A stretch of DNA of 56,909 bases from a bacterium. Its GTDB lineage: Bacteria; Patescibacteriota; Patescibacteriia; Patescibacteriales; Patescibacteriaceae. The stretch spans positions 1 to 56,909 of the forward strand of contig DAONSQ010000001.1 of assembly GCA_035411265.1 (NCBI GenBank). The letters run 5' to 3'. The notes beneath the pieces were generated by a model. That model was not told the DNA's origin. It saw only the letters and a list, made by a program, of their open reading frames with translations, and made no database searches. Both the position numbers and the translations under genes were made by a program. Below, piece after piece: positions 33,605 through 43,733 of this stretch. Position 1 is the first letter of the stretch. Each line of letters begins with the position of its first letter.

Positions 33605-36484
33605 ATGGCTTCAGCAAAAACCCTCTCTCACGATTGGTTAAAAATTCGCGGTGCCCGCGTTAATAATCTGCAAAATATTGATGTCGATATTCCTCGCAAC
33701 CAATTAGTTGTTATCACTGGATTGTCCGGTTCTGGCAAATCTTCACTCGCTTTTGACACTATCTACGCTGAAGGCCAACGACGCTATGTCGAATCTCTTT
33801 CTTCTTATGCTCGCCAGTTTCTTGGCTTAATGAATAAGCCGGATGTTGATTTGATCGAAGGACTTTCACCAGCTATTTCAATTGATCAAAAATCAGCCTC
33901 TCACAATCCTCGCTCGACTGTTGGCACCATTACTGAAATCTATGATTACCTCCGCTTGCTTTACGCTCGTATTGGCCAACCACACTGCCCGCAATGTGGC
34001 GACCCAATTAAAGCCAATACTTTAGATGAAATTGTCGATCAAATTTACCAGCAAAACCAAGGACAAAAAATTGCTATCCTTTCACCACTCGTTCGTGACA
34101 AAAAAGGTGAACACAAAAATGTTTTAACTGCTATTGGTCGGGCTGGTTTTAATCGTGTCCGCTGGGATAAGATTTATTACGATCTAGAGGAAGCTCAAAA
34201 TCTAACTATCGATAAACAGAAAAAACATAATCTCGAAATTGTTATCGACCGCCTAACTATTGATGATAAAACGGAAAATCGCACTCGCCTAACCGAAGCC
34301 GTTGATAAAGCTCTTGATCTGTCTAATGGACTCGTCGCCACTGCCGAACTTGAAGATCAGGCTGTTGAAAAAATTTATTCACAACAATTTGCCTGTCCTC
34401 GTTGCGGTATTAGTCTACCTGAAATCGAACCGCGAAGCTTTTCTTTTAATTCACCCCATGGCGCTTGTCCTCATTGTTCTGGGCTAGGCACAAAATTAGA
34501 GATTATTCCTGAATTGGTTATTAATTATAACCTAACCATTGCTCAAGGCGCTATCCGTCCTTGGTCGCACTATGGCTATTCCAGCCAGCTTTGGTCAACT
34601 CGCGTGGTTGGCGTCGTAGCTAGCCAAAATGGCTTTGACCTTAATACGCCGATCAAAAACTTAACTGAAAAGCAACTAGAAATCCTGCTCCATGGCACTG
34701 GCGATATTACCTACACTTTACCCAGCACTAATGGTTTAAGCGCTCTAAATACTCGCTTTGAGGGTATTTTGCCCAGCCTTTATAAGCGCTACCAAAATAC
34801 TGAGAGTGACTTTATCCGTAAAGAAATTGAAAAATACATGCGGACAATCCCATGCCCCGTCTGTCATGGCCAACGTTTAAAACCTGAATTTTTAGGTGTA
34901 AAAATAGCTGACCGCTCTATCTTTGAAGTTTCTGAACAGACCATTCTCCAAAACTATAATTTTTTTCAAAAATTAGCCGCTAGTGACATTCTCAATAAAA
35001 AACAGAAGCAAATCGGTCATTTAATCTTTAAAGAAATCAATAGTCGTTTACAATTTTTACTTAATGTTGGATTGGACTATCTAACCATTAATCGTTCAGC
35101 AGTTACTTTGTCAGGCGGCGAAGCCCAGCGCATCCGTTTAGCTACCCAAATCGGTTCAGCCTTAACTGGAGTTCTCTATGTCCTAGACGAACCGTCGATT
35201 GGTCTTCATCCTAAAGATAATGACAAATTAATTGAGACTTTAAAAAATCTTCGCGATCTCGGTAATAGTGTCTTAGTAGTTGAACACGATGAAGCCACCA
35301 TGATGGAAGCTGACCACATTGTTGATGTCGGTCCTGGAGCTGGTAAACATGGTGGCAAGATTATCGCTGAGGGTACTGCTAAACAAATCATGATTAATCC
35401 CAAATCGCTGACTGGTCAATATTTATCTGGCAAAAAAACCATTGCTCTACCTAAAAAATATCGTTCTGGCAATGGTCACAAGCTAACTATTGTCGGAGCT
35501 TCCCAAAATAATCTAAAAAATATAACCGTTAATTTTCCTTTAGGTAAGTTTATCGCGGTGACCGGTGTTTCCGGCTCTGGTAAATCAACTCTAGTTACCG
35601 ATATTTTAGCTAAAGCTTTAAAACAAAAATTCTATCAGTCCAGCGATGACCCCGGTAAACACGAGCGAATTGACGGTATTGAAAATATTAATAAAATCAT
35701 TGAGATTGATCAATCACCAATCGGCCGCACGCCGCGCTCCAATCCAGCCACTTACACTGGCGCTTTTTCCCCAATTCGTGATCTTTTTGCCAGTCTACCC
35801 GAAGCCAAGCTTCGTGGCTATAAATCTGGTCGCTTTTCCTTCAATGTTACTGGCGGTCGCTGTGAAGCTTGCCATGGTGATGGTATGACCAAAATTGAAA
35901 TGCAATTTTTACCCGATGTTTATGTTACTTGCGAGGTTTGTCATGGCCAACGCTACAATCAAGAAGCGCTAGAAATTCATTATAAAGACAAAAATATCTA
36001 CGACGTTTTAGAAATGACCATTGAAGAAGCTTTAGTTTTCTTTGCGCATCAACCAGCTATTAAAGATAAAATTGCCGCTCTAAATGAAGTTGGGTTGGGT
36101 TACATTAAATTAGGTCAACCCGCCACCACCCTATCCGGCGGCGAAGCCCAAAGAGTTAAGCTAGCCACCGAACTCGCCCGTAAAAGCACTGGTAAAACTC
36201 TCTATATTTTAGATGAACCAACCACTGGCCTTCATTTTGCCGATATTCATAAACTTTTAGAAGTCCTTCATCAATTAGTTGATAAAGGCAACACGGTTCT
36301 GGTAATTGAACATAATCTGGACGTTATCAAAACTGCTGACTGGCTAATTGACCTAGGGCCAATCGGCGGTGAAAAAGGTGGTCAAATTGTTGCCGAAGGC
36401 ACACCTAAAGAAGTTGCCAGTAATAAAAACAGTGCTACTGGCCAATATTTAAAACCATTTTTCAACAAAAAAACCGCTAACTAA
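33605..36484 (+). CDS. uvrA: Excinuclease ABC subunit A
   Basis: 959 aa. Two ABC ATPase modules ([23 protein letters not shown], two LSGGEAQR signatures) and CxxC zinc modules. Confidence 0.97.
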   Translation: MASAKTLSHDWLKIRGARVNNLQNIDVDIPRNQLVVITGLSGSGKSSLAFDTIYAEGQRRYVESLSSYARQFLGLMNKPDVDLIEGLSPAISIDQKSASHNPRSTVGTITEIYDYLRLLYARIGQPHCPQCGDPIKANTLDEIVDQIYQQNQGQKIAILSPLVRDKKGEHKNVLTAIGRAGFNRVRWDKIYYDLEEAQNLTIDKQKKHNLEIVIDRLTIDDKTENRTRLTEAVDKALDLSNGLVATAELEDQAVEKIYSQQFACPRCGISLPEIEPRSFSFNSPHGACPHCSGLGTKLEIIPELVINYNLTIAQGAIRPWSHYGYSSQLWSTRVVGVVASQNGFDLNTPIKNLTEKQLEILLHGTGDITYTLPSTNGLSALNTRFEGILPSLYKRYQNTESDFIRKEIEKYMRTIPCPVCHGQRLKPEFLGVKIADRSIFEVSEQTILQNYNFFQKLAASDILNKKQKQIGHLIFKEINSRLQFLLNVGLDYLTINRSAVTLSGGEAQRIRLATQIGSALTGVLYVLDEPSIGLHPKDNDKLIETLKNLRDLGNSVLVVEHDEATMMEADHIVDVGPGAGKHGGKIIAEGTAKQIMINPKSLTGQYLSGKKTIALPKKYRSGNGHKLTIVGASQNNLKNITVNFPLGKFIAVTGVSGSGKSTLVTDILAKALKQKFYQSSDDPGKHERIDGIENINKIIEIDQSPIGRTPRSNPATYTGAFSPIRDLFASLPEAKLRGYKSGRFSFNVTGGRCEACHGDGMTKIEMQFLPDVYVTCEVCHGQRYNQEALEIHYKDKNIYDVLEMTIEEALVFFAHQPAIKDKIAALNEVGLGYIKLGQPATTLSGGEAQRVKLATELARKSTGKTLYILDEPTTGLHFADIHKLLEVLHQLVDKGNTVLVIEHNLDVIKTADWLIDLGPIGGEKGGQIVAEGTPKEVASNKNSATGQYLKPFFNKKTAN

Positions 36485-36497
36485 ATCGTTAACGGTT
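36465..36497 (-). terminator. Possible terminator of the 223-aa orphan, embedded in the last codons of uvrA
   Basis: 10-bp stem with one mismatch (36472..36481 / 36488..36497). On the minus strand it is followed by UUUUUUU (36471..36465). Confidence 0.35.
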
Positions 36498-36511
36498 AAA
36501 AGTTTTAGAGT

Positions 36512-37183
36512 TTAATTTGAACACAGCAATCGTAAAATTGGCTGCCTTTTGATTAAAAAATTACTTCGATCAATGGCTTTGTCAATAATAATGCCACCTA
36601 GTGATGTTAACCAATAGACGTCCAAATGCTTACCTTGAAAGGTGCTACCGCAACAACGCGACATAGTACTATTGGAATCCAAATGTTGACCAGTCAGCGA
36701 CCAATAATATAATTCAAGTAACAATCTTTCAATCAAGGTCATAGCCACTTTTCCTGAAAGATTATCTTCTGAACAGTCAGTGATTTCATTGGGTTTTAAT
36801 GAAATTAAATATGACCGTCTATTGATTGAGCGAATATCTTCGGTTTGCAAACTCCTAACATCAGTAATATTAAGGCTACTAATAGTAAAATATTCATCAA
36901 TTACCGCCATAACTTTTCTTAAAGTTAAGCCTTTGCTAACTGGAATGTTCCAATGGCCTTTCTTGGCTTTATTAAAATCTAAGCCTTGCGGATTGAGACG
37001 CCCCAGCCCCATCAGACGATACCAATTTGACCACCAGCAATAATCATCAGTTGGACTAGCTAATAATTGGCTAGTATTTTGTAAAAAATGTTGAGAAATA
37101 TCCATTATTGCTTTAGCGTTAGGCCTTTTTCTCAAACAACAGCAACAAGGCAATAGCCAACGTAATAGATTTAAAACATTCAT
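36512..37183 (-). CDS. Hypothetical protein (orphan, 223 aa) with an N-terminal CCCC motif
   Basis: ATG preceded by GAGGTGGA at ~4 nt. N-terminus MNVLNLLRWLLPCCCCLRKRP. No family recognised. AT-rich relative to uvrA. Confidence 0.6.
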   Translation of the reverse strand: MNVLNLLRWLLPCCCCLRKRPNAKAIMDISQHFLQNTSQLLASPTDDYCWWSNWYRLMGLGRLNPQGLDFNKAKKGHWNIPVSKGLTLRKVMAVIDEYFTISSLNITDVRSLQTEDIRSINRRSYLISLKPNEITDCSEDNLSGKVAMTLIERLLLELYYWSLTGQHLDSNSTMSRCCGSTFQGKHLDVYWLTSLGGIIIDKAIDRSNFLIKRQPILRLLCSN

Positions 37184-37366
37184 AATCCACCTCTCTTCCT
37201 CTTGTTAAGGTTCTATTTTCTTAAGCAGAAATTACCACAAATAGCCATCTATTGTCAACGTCAAGCTATCTTTAGCTCATCTTGACAATTATCCTAAAAT
37301 TGCTTAAGCTGAGAGAGCTTACCGACTAAGCGCTATTTTTTATTAGCCGAAAATTACTATAATTTT

Positions 37367-37765
37367 ATGACCGAGACTAAATCAACGACTGCCACTCCTG
37401 AAGAGCAAGTCACCCCAACTACCCTAAACGATCTCAAGCCAGGCATGACCGTTCGCATTCACCAACGCATTAAAGAACTTAATCCTAAAGGTGAGGAAAA
37501 AGAACGCGTTCAATATTTTGATGGCTTAGTTATCGCTCGTAAACATGGTAGTGAAGCTGGTAGCACTGTTACTGTTCGCAAAATTTCTAATGGTGTTGGT
37601 GTTGAAAAAATCTTTCCTATCAATTTGCCAACTATTAGCAAAGTTGAAATCAAGAAACAAGCCATTGTCCACCGCGCTAAATTAACCTTCTTAAAGAAAG
37701 GTTACAAGAAGCGTTTAAAGGATATTAGCGAAAAAAAGGCGGCCACGCCAAAAAAGACCGCTTAA
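37367..37765 (+). CDS. rplS: 50S ribosomal protein L19
   Basis: GMTVRIHQRIKE...ERVQYFDGLVIARKHGSEAGSTVTVRKISNGVGVEKIFPINLP matches L19. Has N- and C-terminal extensions. Confidence 0.92.
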   Translation: MTETKSTTATPEEQVTPTTLNDLKPGMTVRIHQRIKELNPKGEEKERVQYFDGLVIARKHGSEAGSTVTVRKISNGVGVEKIFPINLPTISKVEIKKQAIVHRAKLTFLKKGYKKRLKDISEKKAATPKKTA

Positions 37766-37772
37766 ATTGCGG

Positions 37773-37856
37773 GCCGAGGTGGTGAAACTGGTAGACACGC
37801 AAGCTTGAGGTGCTTGTGAAGGCAACTTCTTGCAGGTTCAAGTCCTGTCCTCGGCA
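37773..37856 (+). tRNA. tRNA-Leu (anticodon GAG)
   Basis: GCCGAGG/CCTCGGC acceptor, CAAGC-TTGAGGT-GCTTG anticodon arm, long variable arm, GCAGG-TTCAAGT-CCTGT T arm. No encoded CCA. Confidence 0.9.
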
Positions 37857-37863
37857 CAATTTA

Positions 37864-37937
37864 GGGCGCATAGCTCAGCTGGTTAGAGCGCTTCGTTTAC
37901 ACCGAAGAGGTCCAGGGTTCGATTCCTTGTGCGCCCA
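37864..37937 (+). tRNA. tRNA-Val (anticodon UAC)
   Basis: GGGCGCA/TGCGCCC acceptor, GCTC-AGCTGGTTA-GAGC D arm, CTTCG-TTTACAC-CGAAG anticodon arm, CAGGG-TTCGATT-CCTTG T arm. No encoded CCA. Confidence 0.92.
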
Positions 37938-37959
37938 CTGATTAACTGCTTTTTTATTT

Positions 37960-38391
37960 ATGCAGTATCTCTCTATTAACCTAAAACAAACCGCTAATCT
38001 AGCCAAACGCTTAGTTAATATTCTTAACGGCGGTGAAATCATTGCCCTTACTGGCGATTTGGGCGCTGGCAAAACCGCTTTTTCCCAAGCTATTGCTAAA
38101 TGCTTAGGTGTTAAAGAACCCGTCATTAGCCCAACTTTTACTATCTGGCAACAATACGATTGTTTCCATCCAATTATTAAAAAGCTGATCCATATTGATG
38201 CCTATCGTCTGTCGAGCGGCCGAGATCTAGTCGATCTTGGTATTAACGACTGGACCAGCCAAAAAGACGTCTTGATTATCATTGAATGGCCAGAAAAAAT
38301 TAATGACTGGCTACCAGAAAATACCTTATTTTTCAACCTAAAACACCATCCTGATGGTCGCCTTTTTGAACTGCCAAATAGCCTAAATTAG
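37960..38391 (+). CDS. tsaE: t6A biosynthesis ATPase TsaE (YjeE)
   Basis: 143 aa. ALTGDLGAGKTAFSQAIAKCLGV...ISPTFTI and HIDAYRL motifs. Confidence 0.88.
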   Translation: MQYLSINLKQTANLAKRLVNILNGGEIIALTGDLGAGKTAFSQAIAKCLGVKEPVISPTFTIWQQYDCFHPIIKKLIHIDAYRLSSGRDLVDLGINDWTSQKDVLIIIEWPEKINDWLPENTLFFNLKHHPDGRLFELPNSLN

Positions 38392-38462
38392 CTTGCCAAA
38401 AAGCCACTTTTAGCCTATACTTAAGTTATCTCTAGGAGGATTTATTTTAGTTTACTTTTGTT

Positions 38463-38831
38463 ATGAAACAAGAAACCATCCAGCAAATCAAAGCTGAATT
38501 GCTACGCATAAAAAATGAAAGCGTTGAAGCCTTAAATACTTTTGCCACCAAAGAGTCTGGTAATGCTAATGATTTTACCAGCACTTTTCCTGACTACGGT
38601 GAAGAAAGTGACGAAAACGCTCAAGAAGTCGGCCAATACTCTACTAATATTGCCACTGAAGAAATTTTAGAAAAGACTTTACGCGATGTTGACTTAGCCC
38701 TTAAGCAACTTGACGAAGGCACCTACGGTATTTGCAAATACTGTCACCAAGAAATTGACGAAAAGCGTTTACTAGCCCGTCCCTTTTCTAGCTCTTGTGT
38801 TAAATGCAAAAGTCAATTGCAAAAAAATTAA
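38463..38831 (+). CDS. DksA/TraR-family C4 zinc-finger protein
   Basis: 122 aa. Coiled-coil N-terminus and CKYCHQEIDEKRLLARPFSSSCVKC zinc finger. Confidence 0.8.
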   Translation: MKQETIQQIKAELLRIKNESVEALNTFATKESGNANDFTSTFPDYGEESDENAQEVGQYSTNIATEEILEKTLRDVDLALKQLDEGTYGICKYCHQEIDEKRLLARPFSSSCVKCKSQLQKN

Positions 38832-39295
38832 ATCGCTTGAGTAAAATACCTAAAACAGCCCTTTTTTGGGCTGTTTTGTTATTGGCTAGCGATCGCTTTC
38901 TAAAAATACTGGCTCTTGTTTACTGGTCAAACCATTCAACCAAACTTTGGCCTGGCTGGTCACTAACCTATAGCCTCAACCATAAAATTGCTTTTTCTTT
39001 GCCTTGGAGCGGCCTCAGTCTTTTATTTGGCCTTACTATAGTGACTTTAATTTTAACTTTTATTGCTATTAGGCAGATAAAAAAACAGCCAGCCCAAAGC
39101 TGGGGCTGGAGTTTATTTTTGACCGGAACTTATAGTAATCTTTTTGATCGCTTTATTTATGGTGGCGTTATCGACTACTTGGCTAATTGGTGGACTATCT
39201 TTAATCTAGCTGACGTCTTAATAATTATTGGTCTTAGCGCCATCCTTCTTTCTTCAAACCATTCTCGGCAGCATCAACCTGAGCTTCCTGCTTAG
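38804..39295 (+). CDS. lspA: Lipoprotein signal peptidase II
   Basis: 163 aa, 4 TM segments. NLFDRFIYGGVIDY and FNLADVLIIIG motifs. The 5' end overlaps the DksA-like gene by 28 nt, and the 3' tail overlaps convergent rnc. Confidence 0.82.
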   Translation: MQKSIAKKLNRLSKIPKTALFWAVLLLASDRFLKILALVYWSNHSTKLWPGWSLTYSLNHKIAFSLPWSGLSLLFGLTIVTLILTFIAIRQIKKQPAQSWGWSLFLTGTYSNLFDRFIYGGVIDYLANWWTIFNLADVLIIIGLSAILLSSNHSRQHQPELPA

Positions 39296-39929
39296 ACATG
39301 CCGCGACCAGTACTAATTAATTTATCATCTAAATATAAGCCGATTTCAAAAGTTTTTTCATGATCTGGACCACTCGATGACAAAACTTCATAACGCGGCG
39401 TAAAACCATAAGCTTCTTGAGCCTTTTCTTGAAAATAAGATTTTGGATCAAGGTAAAGCTTATTAGCAATAATATTTTCTAGTTTTGACAATACCAGCTC
39501 ACTAATTACCCTTTGAGCAACATCCCAACCCTGATCTAAATAAATAGCACCAATCAAAGCCTCCATAGCATCAGCTAAAATATATTGACGACCCTTAGAA
39601 GCTGTTTCTTTAGCCTCGCCCTTAGATAAGAAAAGGTATTTATCCAGTTCAATTTCCTTAGCTATCTGAGATAAAGTTTTAGCATTAACTAGCGAAGCTC
39701 GCCAATCGGTTAACTCACCTTCCGTTTTTTCCGGATAATTAAGAAATAAATACTCGGTCACAATCAACTCTAAAACAGCATCACCCAAAAACTCCAAACG
39801 TTCGTTATGGCCAACCGGAAAATCACTGTGTTCATTCAAATAAGAACGGTGAACTAACGCCTGCATTAGCAGGCGTTCATTCTTGAAGTCTATTCTTAAT
39901 TTTTGAGCTAATTGCCGCTGTTCGGACAT
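39234..39929 (-). CDS. rnc: Ribonuclease III
   Basis: 231 aa. Catalytic signature [14 protein letters not shown] and a C-terminal dsRBD. Confidence 0.93.
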   Translation of the reverse strand: MSEQRQLAQKLRIDFKNERLLMQALVHRSYLNEHSDFPVGHNERLEFLGDAVLELIVTEYLFLNYPEKTEGELTDWRASLVNAKTLSQIAKEIELDKYLFLSKGEAKETASKGRQYILADAMEALIGAIYLDQGWDVAQRVISELVLSKLENIIANKLYLDPKSYFQEKAQEAYGFTPRYEVLSSSGPDHEKTFEIGLYLDDKLISTGRGMSKQEAQVDAAENGLKKEGWR

Positions 39930-40387
39930 ATTTCTTCTTCTTTTTCTTTATCTGGATTTTCTAAGTCAATCGCTTTGGTTGGCACTTCTTTAAAAATTGC
40001 ACCTAAAACACCATTAACAAACCGTCCGGAAGCATCGCCGCCAAAACTCTTGGCCACCTCAATCGCTTCATTAATTGCTACCTTGGCTGGAATTGTCTGA
40101 TCATAAACCAACTCATAAGCACCAATTCTTAAGATATTACGGTCAACTGGTGTTATTTGATCTAATGGCCATTCAGTCGCGTACTTGATGATGTAATTGT
40201 CAATTGCCGGCAGATTAGCTACTACGCCTTTAACTAGATCATTAACAAAACCATGATCATCAAACTCTGGTGCAAATTGCTGAAAATTCTCTTGAACTAA
40301 ATCTTCTAAAGTATCTTTTTGACCGTTAAAATCCCAGCAGAACAAAGTCTGCATGGCAATTGTTCGAGCCAAATGACGATTGGCCAT
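39908..40387 (-). CDS. nusB: Transcription antitermination factor NusB
   Basis: 159 aa. [10 protein letters not shown]..., [10 protein letters not shown] and [10 protein letters not shown] motifs, with an acidic C-terminal tail. Confidence 0.88.
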   Translation of the reverse strand: MANRHLARTIAMQTLFCWDFNGQKDTLEDLVQENFQQFAPEFDDHGFVNDLVKGVVANLPAIDNYIIKYATEWPLDQITPVDRNILRIGAYELVYDQTIPAKVAINEAIEVAKSFGGDASGRFVNGVLGAIFKEVPTKAIDLENPDKEKEEEICPNSGN

Positions 40388-40393
40388 AAGCTA

Positions 40394-40684
40394 TTATTTA
40401 GCTGCCTTCTTAGTTGACTCAGACTTGCTAGCCTTAGCTGGCTTAACAGCTGGTTTAGCAGTCTTTTTAGCAGCTGGCTTGGTAGTCTTGGCAGCAGCTT
40501 TAGTAGCAGCAGTCTTAACTTTTATTACTTGACGGCCCTTATAGGTACCACAAAAAGCACAAGCAGTATGTGGTAAAACTGCCTTACCACATTGTGGGCA
40601 AACCGCCAAAGTCTTGGCTTTTAAAGCATGATGGGAACGGCGTCCACGAGTTTCACTCTTGGTGCGCTTCTTCATTTGAACCAT
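40394..40684 (-). CDS. rpmF: 50S ribosomal protein L32 with a Lys/Ala-rich C-terminal extension
   Basis: KKRTKSETRGRRSHHALKA...CPQCGKAVLPHTACAFCGTYKGRQV is the L32 core. It is followed by ~42 aa of K/A/T/P repeats. Confidence 0.9.
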   Translation of the reverse strand: MVQMKKRTKSETRGRRSHHALKAKTLAVCPQCGKAVLPHTACAFCGTYKGRQVIKVKTAATKAAAKTTKPAAKKTAKPAVKPAKASKSESTKKAAK

Positions 40685-40719
40685 ATTGGTATTTTAAAAT
40701 AAACCTAATTAACGGATTT

Positions 40720-40748
40720 AGTATAATAAATACTAGCGATTTCGTCAA
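40720..40748 (-). promoter_or_regulatory. Sigma70-type promoter for rpmF
   Basis: Minus strand TTGACG (40748..40743), 17 nt spacer, TATACT (40725..40720). Confidence 0.5.
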
Positions 40749-40757
40749 CCTTAGCCA

Positions 40758-41819
40758 TTAAATAATCAGCATGGCATCGCCATAGCTAAAAAATCGATAG
40801 TGCTCAGCAATAGCTGCCCCGTAAGCTTGTTTCATTAACTCCGTTCCACCCCAAGCTGAAACCAGCATCATTAGGCTTGATTTGGGTAAATGAAAATTAG
40901 TTACCAAACCACTGAGTAATTTAAATTCAAAGCCAGGGTAAATAAAAAGATTAATCGGTGCTCGCCAATCATCAGTTGCTGGTTCACTCATAAATCTAGC
41001 CACCACCCCTTCTAAGATCCGCACCGAAGTCGTGCCAACGGCAATAATTCTTCGACCAGCCCGTTTAGCCGCAATCAATTGATTGATTTTTTCAGCACTA
41101 ATCTCAACAATTTCCTCATGTAGCTGACCGCTAACTAACTGCTCATCCCTAACTGGCGCAAAAGTGCCTAAGCCAACATGAAGAGTGGCCTCTATTATCT
41201 CGACGCCATTTCGTTTAATTTCACTCAGCAAGTCATCAGTAAAATGAAGCCCCGCCGTCGGTGCCGCCACCGAACCAACCCGTTCTGGTTTGGCATAAAC
41301 AGTCTGATAATCTTCAACTGCTTTTTTTAGACCAAGTTGATCAGTTTTAATATAAGGCGGCAAAGGCATTTGACCGATTTGATAAATTTCTTGCCAAAAA
41401 GACTGCTCTGTTAAATTAAAAGCAACCACAAAAATGCCATTCCCCACCTCTTCAATAATTTCTCCTTTTAATTTAGCTGATAAATCGACGATTGTTCCTG
41501 GTTTCGGTCTAGTTCCACCAACCAAACAGCGCCATTTTTCTTGATCAGGCGTTTCAATTAATTTTTGCTCTAGCAAAATCTCAATTCGACCGCCACTACC
41601 AGCCTTATTACCCAGAAGCCTAGCTGGTAAAACCTTGGAATTATTAATCAATAAAATATCATCGGGTCGTAAAAAATCTGGCAGATCTTTAAAAACTTTA
41701 GTTTGCCACTGTTGTTTAGCCCGATCAATTACCATTAATTTAGCTTGATCACGCGGTTCAACTGGTGCCTGAGCAATCAACTCAATCGGGAGCTGATAAT
41801 CAAAATCGCTAATCTTCAT
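40758..41819 (-). CDS. queA: S-adenosylmethionine:tRNA ribosyltransferase-isomerase
   Basis: 353 aa. MKISDFDYQLP..LIAQ.P...RD N-terminus, AAPTAGLHFT, and FFSYGDAMLI C-terminus. Confidence 0.93.
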   Translation of the reverse strand: MKISDFDYQLPIELIAQAPVEPRDQAKLMVIDRAKQQWQTKVFKDLPDFLRPDDILLINNSKVLPARLLGNKAGSGGRIEILLEQKLIETPDQEKWRCLVGGTRPKPGTIVDLSAKLKGEIIEEVGNGIFVVAFNLTEQSFWQEIYQIGQMPLPPYIKTDQLGLKKAVEDYQTVYAKPERVGSVAAPTAGLHFTDDLLSEIKRNGVEIIEATLHVGLGTFAPVRDEQLVSGQLHEEIVEISAEKINQLIAAKRAGRRIIAVGTTSVRILEGVVARFMSEPATDDWRAPINLFIYPGFEFKLLSGLVTNFHLPKSSLMMLVSAWGGTELMKQAYGAAIAEHYRFFSYGDAMLII

Positions 41820-41820
41820 A

Positions 41821-42858
41821 TTAAAATAAACCCGCCGGCGGAGTTAAACCTAAGTGGCGATAAGCCGCTGCTGTAGCTTTACGACCGCGCGGTGTTCTTT
41901 CTAAAAAACCAAGCTGTAATAAGAATGGCTCATAAACATCTTCAATAGTCATTAGTTCCTCACCCGTTGCAGCAGCTAAAGTGTTTAAGCCAACTGGTCC
42001 ACCGCCAAACTTCTCAATAATTGTCGTAAGAATATAACGGTCAACTTCATCTAAGCCTAAATCATCAACTGCCAGCAAATTAAAAGCTTGTTTACAAAGT
42101 TTGACATCAATATCACCACTGCCTTTAACTTGGCAATAATCACGCACCCGTTTTAAAAGACGATTAGCAATTCGCGGTGTGCGACGAGCTCGACGAGCAA
42201 TTAAATTTTTAGCCTCAGTTTCAATCTTAATCTGCAACAATTTAGCATTTCTTTCAATAATTTTTTCTAGTTCTTCGGCTTCATAAAAATCTAACCGGTA
42301 AACCATACCAAAACGATCACGAAGCGGTGCTGATAGCGAACTAACTTTAGTTGTTGCTCCAACCAAACTAAAATGTGGTAAATCGATTCTCAAGGTTCGA
42401 GCAGCCGGTCCTTTACCTAAAACAATATCCAAAACTCGATCTTCCATGGCTGGATAAAGAATTTCCTCAACGCTATGCGGTAAACGATGAATTTCATCAA
42501 TAAATAGCAGGTCACCATCCTGGAGATTGGTTAAAATAGCTGCAAGGTCGCCAGCTTTTTCAATAGCTGGACCAGCTGTCACTCGTAGATTAGCACCAAG
42601 TTCATTGGCGATAACATGAGCTAAAGTAGTCTTACCAAGTCCTGGCGCACCATAAAGCAACACATGTTCAATAGACTCACCACGAGTTTGTGCTGCTCGC
42701 AAAAAGATTTCCAAACTCTGACGGATAGCTGCTTGGCCAACATATTCGGCTAAAGTTTTGGGGCGCAAACTAATATCCAACTTTTGATCGGTTTCATCTA
42801 CGACATCAGCTTTAAGAATCTTTTCCAACTCTGGATTGTCAAATTCTTCAATAATCAT
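41821..42858 (-). CDS. ruvB: Holliday junction branch migration ATPase RuvB
   Basis: 345 aa. [12 protein letters not shown], Walker [12 protein letters not shown], Walker [10 protein letters not shown], and a C-terminal winged helix. Confidence 0.96.
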   Translation of the reverse strand: MIIEEFDNPELEKILKADVVDETDQKLDISLRPKTLAEYVGQAAIRQSLEIFLRAAQTRGESIEHVLLYGAPGLGKTTLAHVIANELGANLRVTAGPAIEKAGDLAAILTNLQDGDLLFIDEIHRLPHSVEEILYPAMEDRVLDIVLGKGPAARTLRIDLPHFSLVGATTKVSSLSAPLRDRFGMVYRLDFYEAEELEKIIERNAKLLQIKIETEAKNLIARRARRTPRIANRLLKRVRDYCQVKGSGDIDVKLCKQAFNLLAVDDLGLDEVDRYILTTIIEKFGGGPVGLNTLAAATGEELMTIEDVYEPFLLQLGFLERTPRGRKATAAAYRHLGLTPPAGLF

Positions 42859-43728
42859 TTAAAAAAGCTTCGGTTCATCAGTAAAACCACTGGCTGATTT
42901 TTTAGCCAAAGGCAAAGAACTGCTTGGTGCTGCTGCTTCAGTTTGATTTTTACGAGGAAAATCACCTTGTAAGGCTCGCTCAACAATCTTTTTAGTTTCT
43001 GAAGAAAAATCAGCCCCTAAAATCCATTGCAAAAACCCCGAATCACTTTGAGCCACCTCGGCCAAAGAACGATCTTTGTGTTTAGAAAAATTAAGATAAG
43101 CCTCGCCACCTCGCCAATAAAAACGTTTTTCTTCGTCAACATATCGATCATCTGGCGCCTCACCAATCTGACGAATCAACTGATAATCATATTTCTTAAG
43201 TTGCTGATCCAGAATGTCAACACTAGCATGAACATCAGCTAAAGCACTATGGGCATTAACCATCTCTTTTTGACAATAATACTTGTAGGCAGCCGATAAA
43301 TCGCGCGGCTCCATAGCATGATAAATTATTTTACTGTCAATAATTTGTTTACGCGTAAAATTAAAATCATAACCAGAACGCAAAAACTCTCGCCTCAACA
43401 TTGGCAAATCAAAATTAGCCACATTAAAGCCGCCATAATAACAATCATTAAAGATATCCCAGATTTCCTGAACCTGGTCGCGAAATAACGGCTTTTCAGC
43501 CACATCTTCTTGTTTAATTCCATGGATAGCCGTCACTTCACTGGGAATTTCAATCTCTGGATTAAAGAACATGTCCTTTTCCATAACCCGACCATTAGGC
43601 ATAACTTTGACAAAAGCCAATTCAATAATCCGGTCATAAGCCAAAGCTAACCCAGTTGTCTCTAAATCAAAAATTACCAACGGCTTGTCTAACTTAGTAA
43701 CCTCTAAGATGTGCTTAAAATCAGTCAT
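42859..43728 (-). CDS. DEDDh 3'-5' exonuclease domain protein (DnaQ-like) with a C-terminal extension
   Basis: Exo I VIFDLETTGL, Exo II and Exo III HSALADVHA. The ORF-track start 43743 is a TTG. ATG 43728 (MTDFKHILEV...) removes the overlap with the upstream stop. Confidence 0.85.
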   Translation of the reverse strand: MTDFKHILEVTKLDKPLVIFDLETTGLALAYDRIIELAFVKVMPNGRVMEKDMFFNPEIEIPSEVTAIHGIKQEDVAEKPLFRDQVQEIWDIFNDCYYGGFNVANFDLPMLRREFLRSGYDFNFTRKQIIDSKIIYHAMEPRDLSAAYKYYCQKEMVNAHSALADVHASVDILDQQLKKYDYQLIRQIGEAPDDRYVDEEKRFYWRGGEAYLNFSKHKDRSLAEVAQSDSGFLQWILGADFSSETKKIVERALQGDFPRKNQTEAAAPSSSLPLAKKSASGFTDEPKLF

Positions 43729-43733
43729 GTTAA

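Noticed and set aside
37875-38126. 83-aa minus-strand track ORF
   Set aside because: It overlaps tRNA-Val(UAC) and runs antisense to the well-supported tsaE gene.
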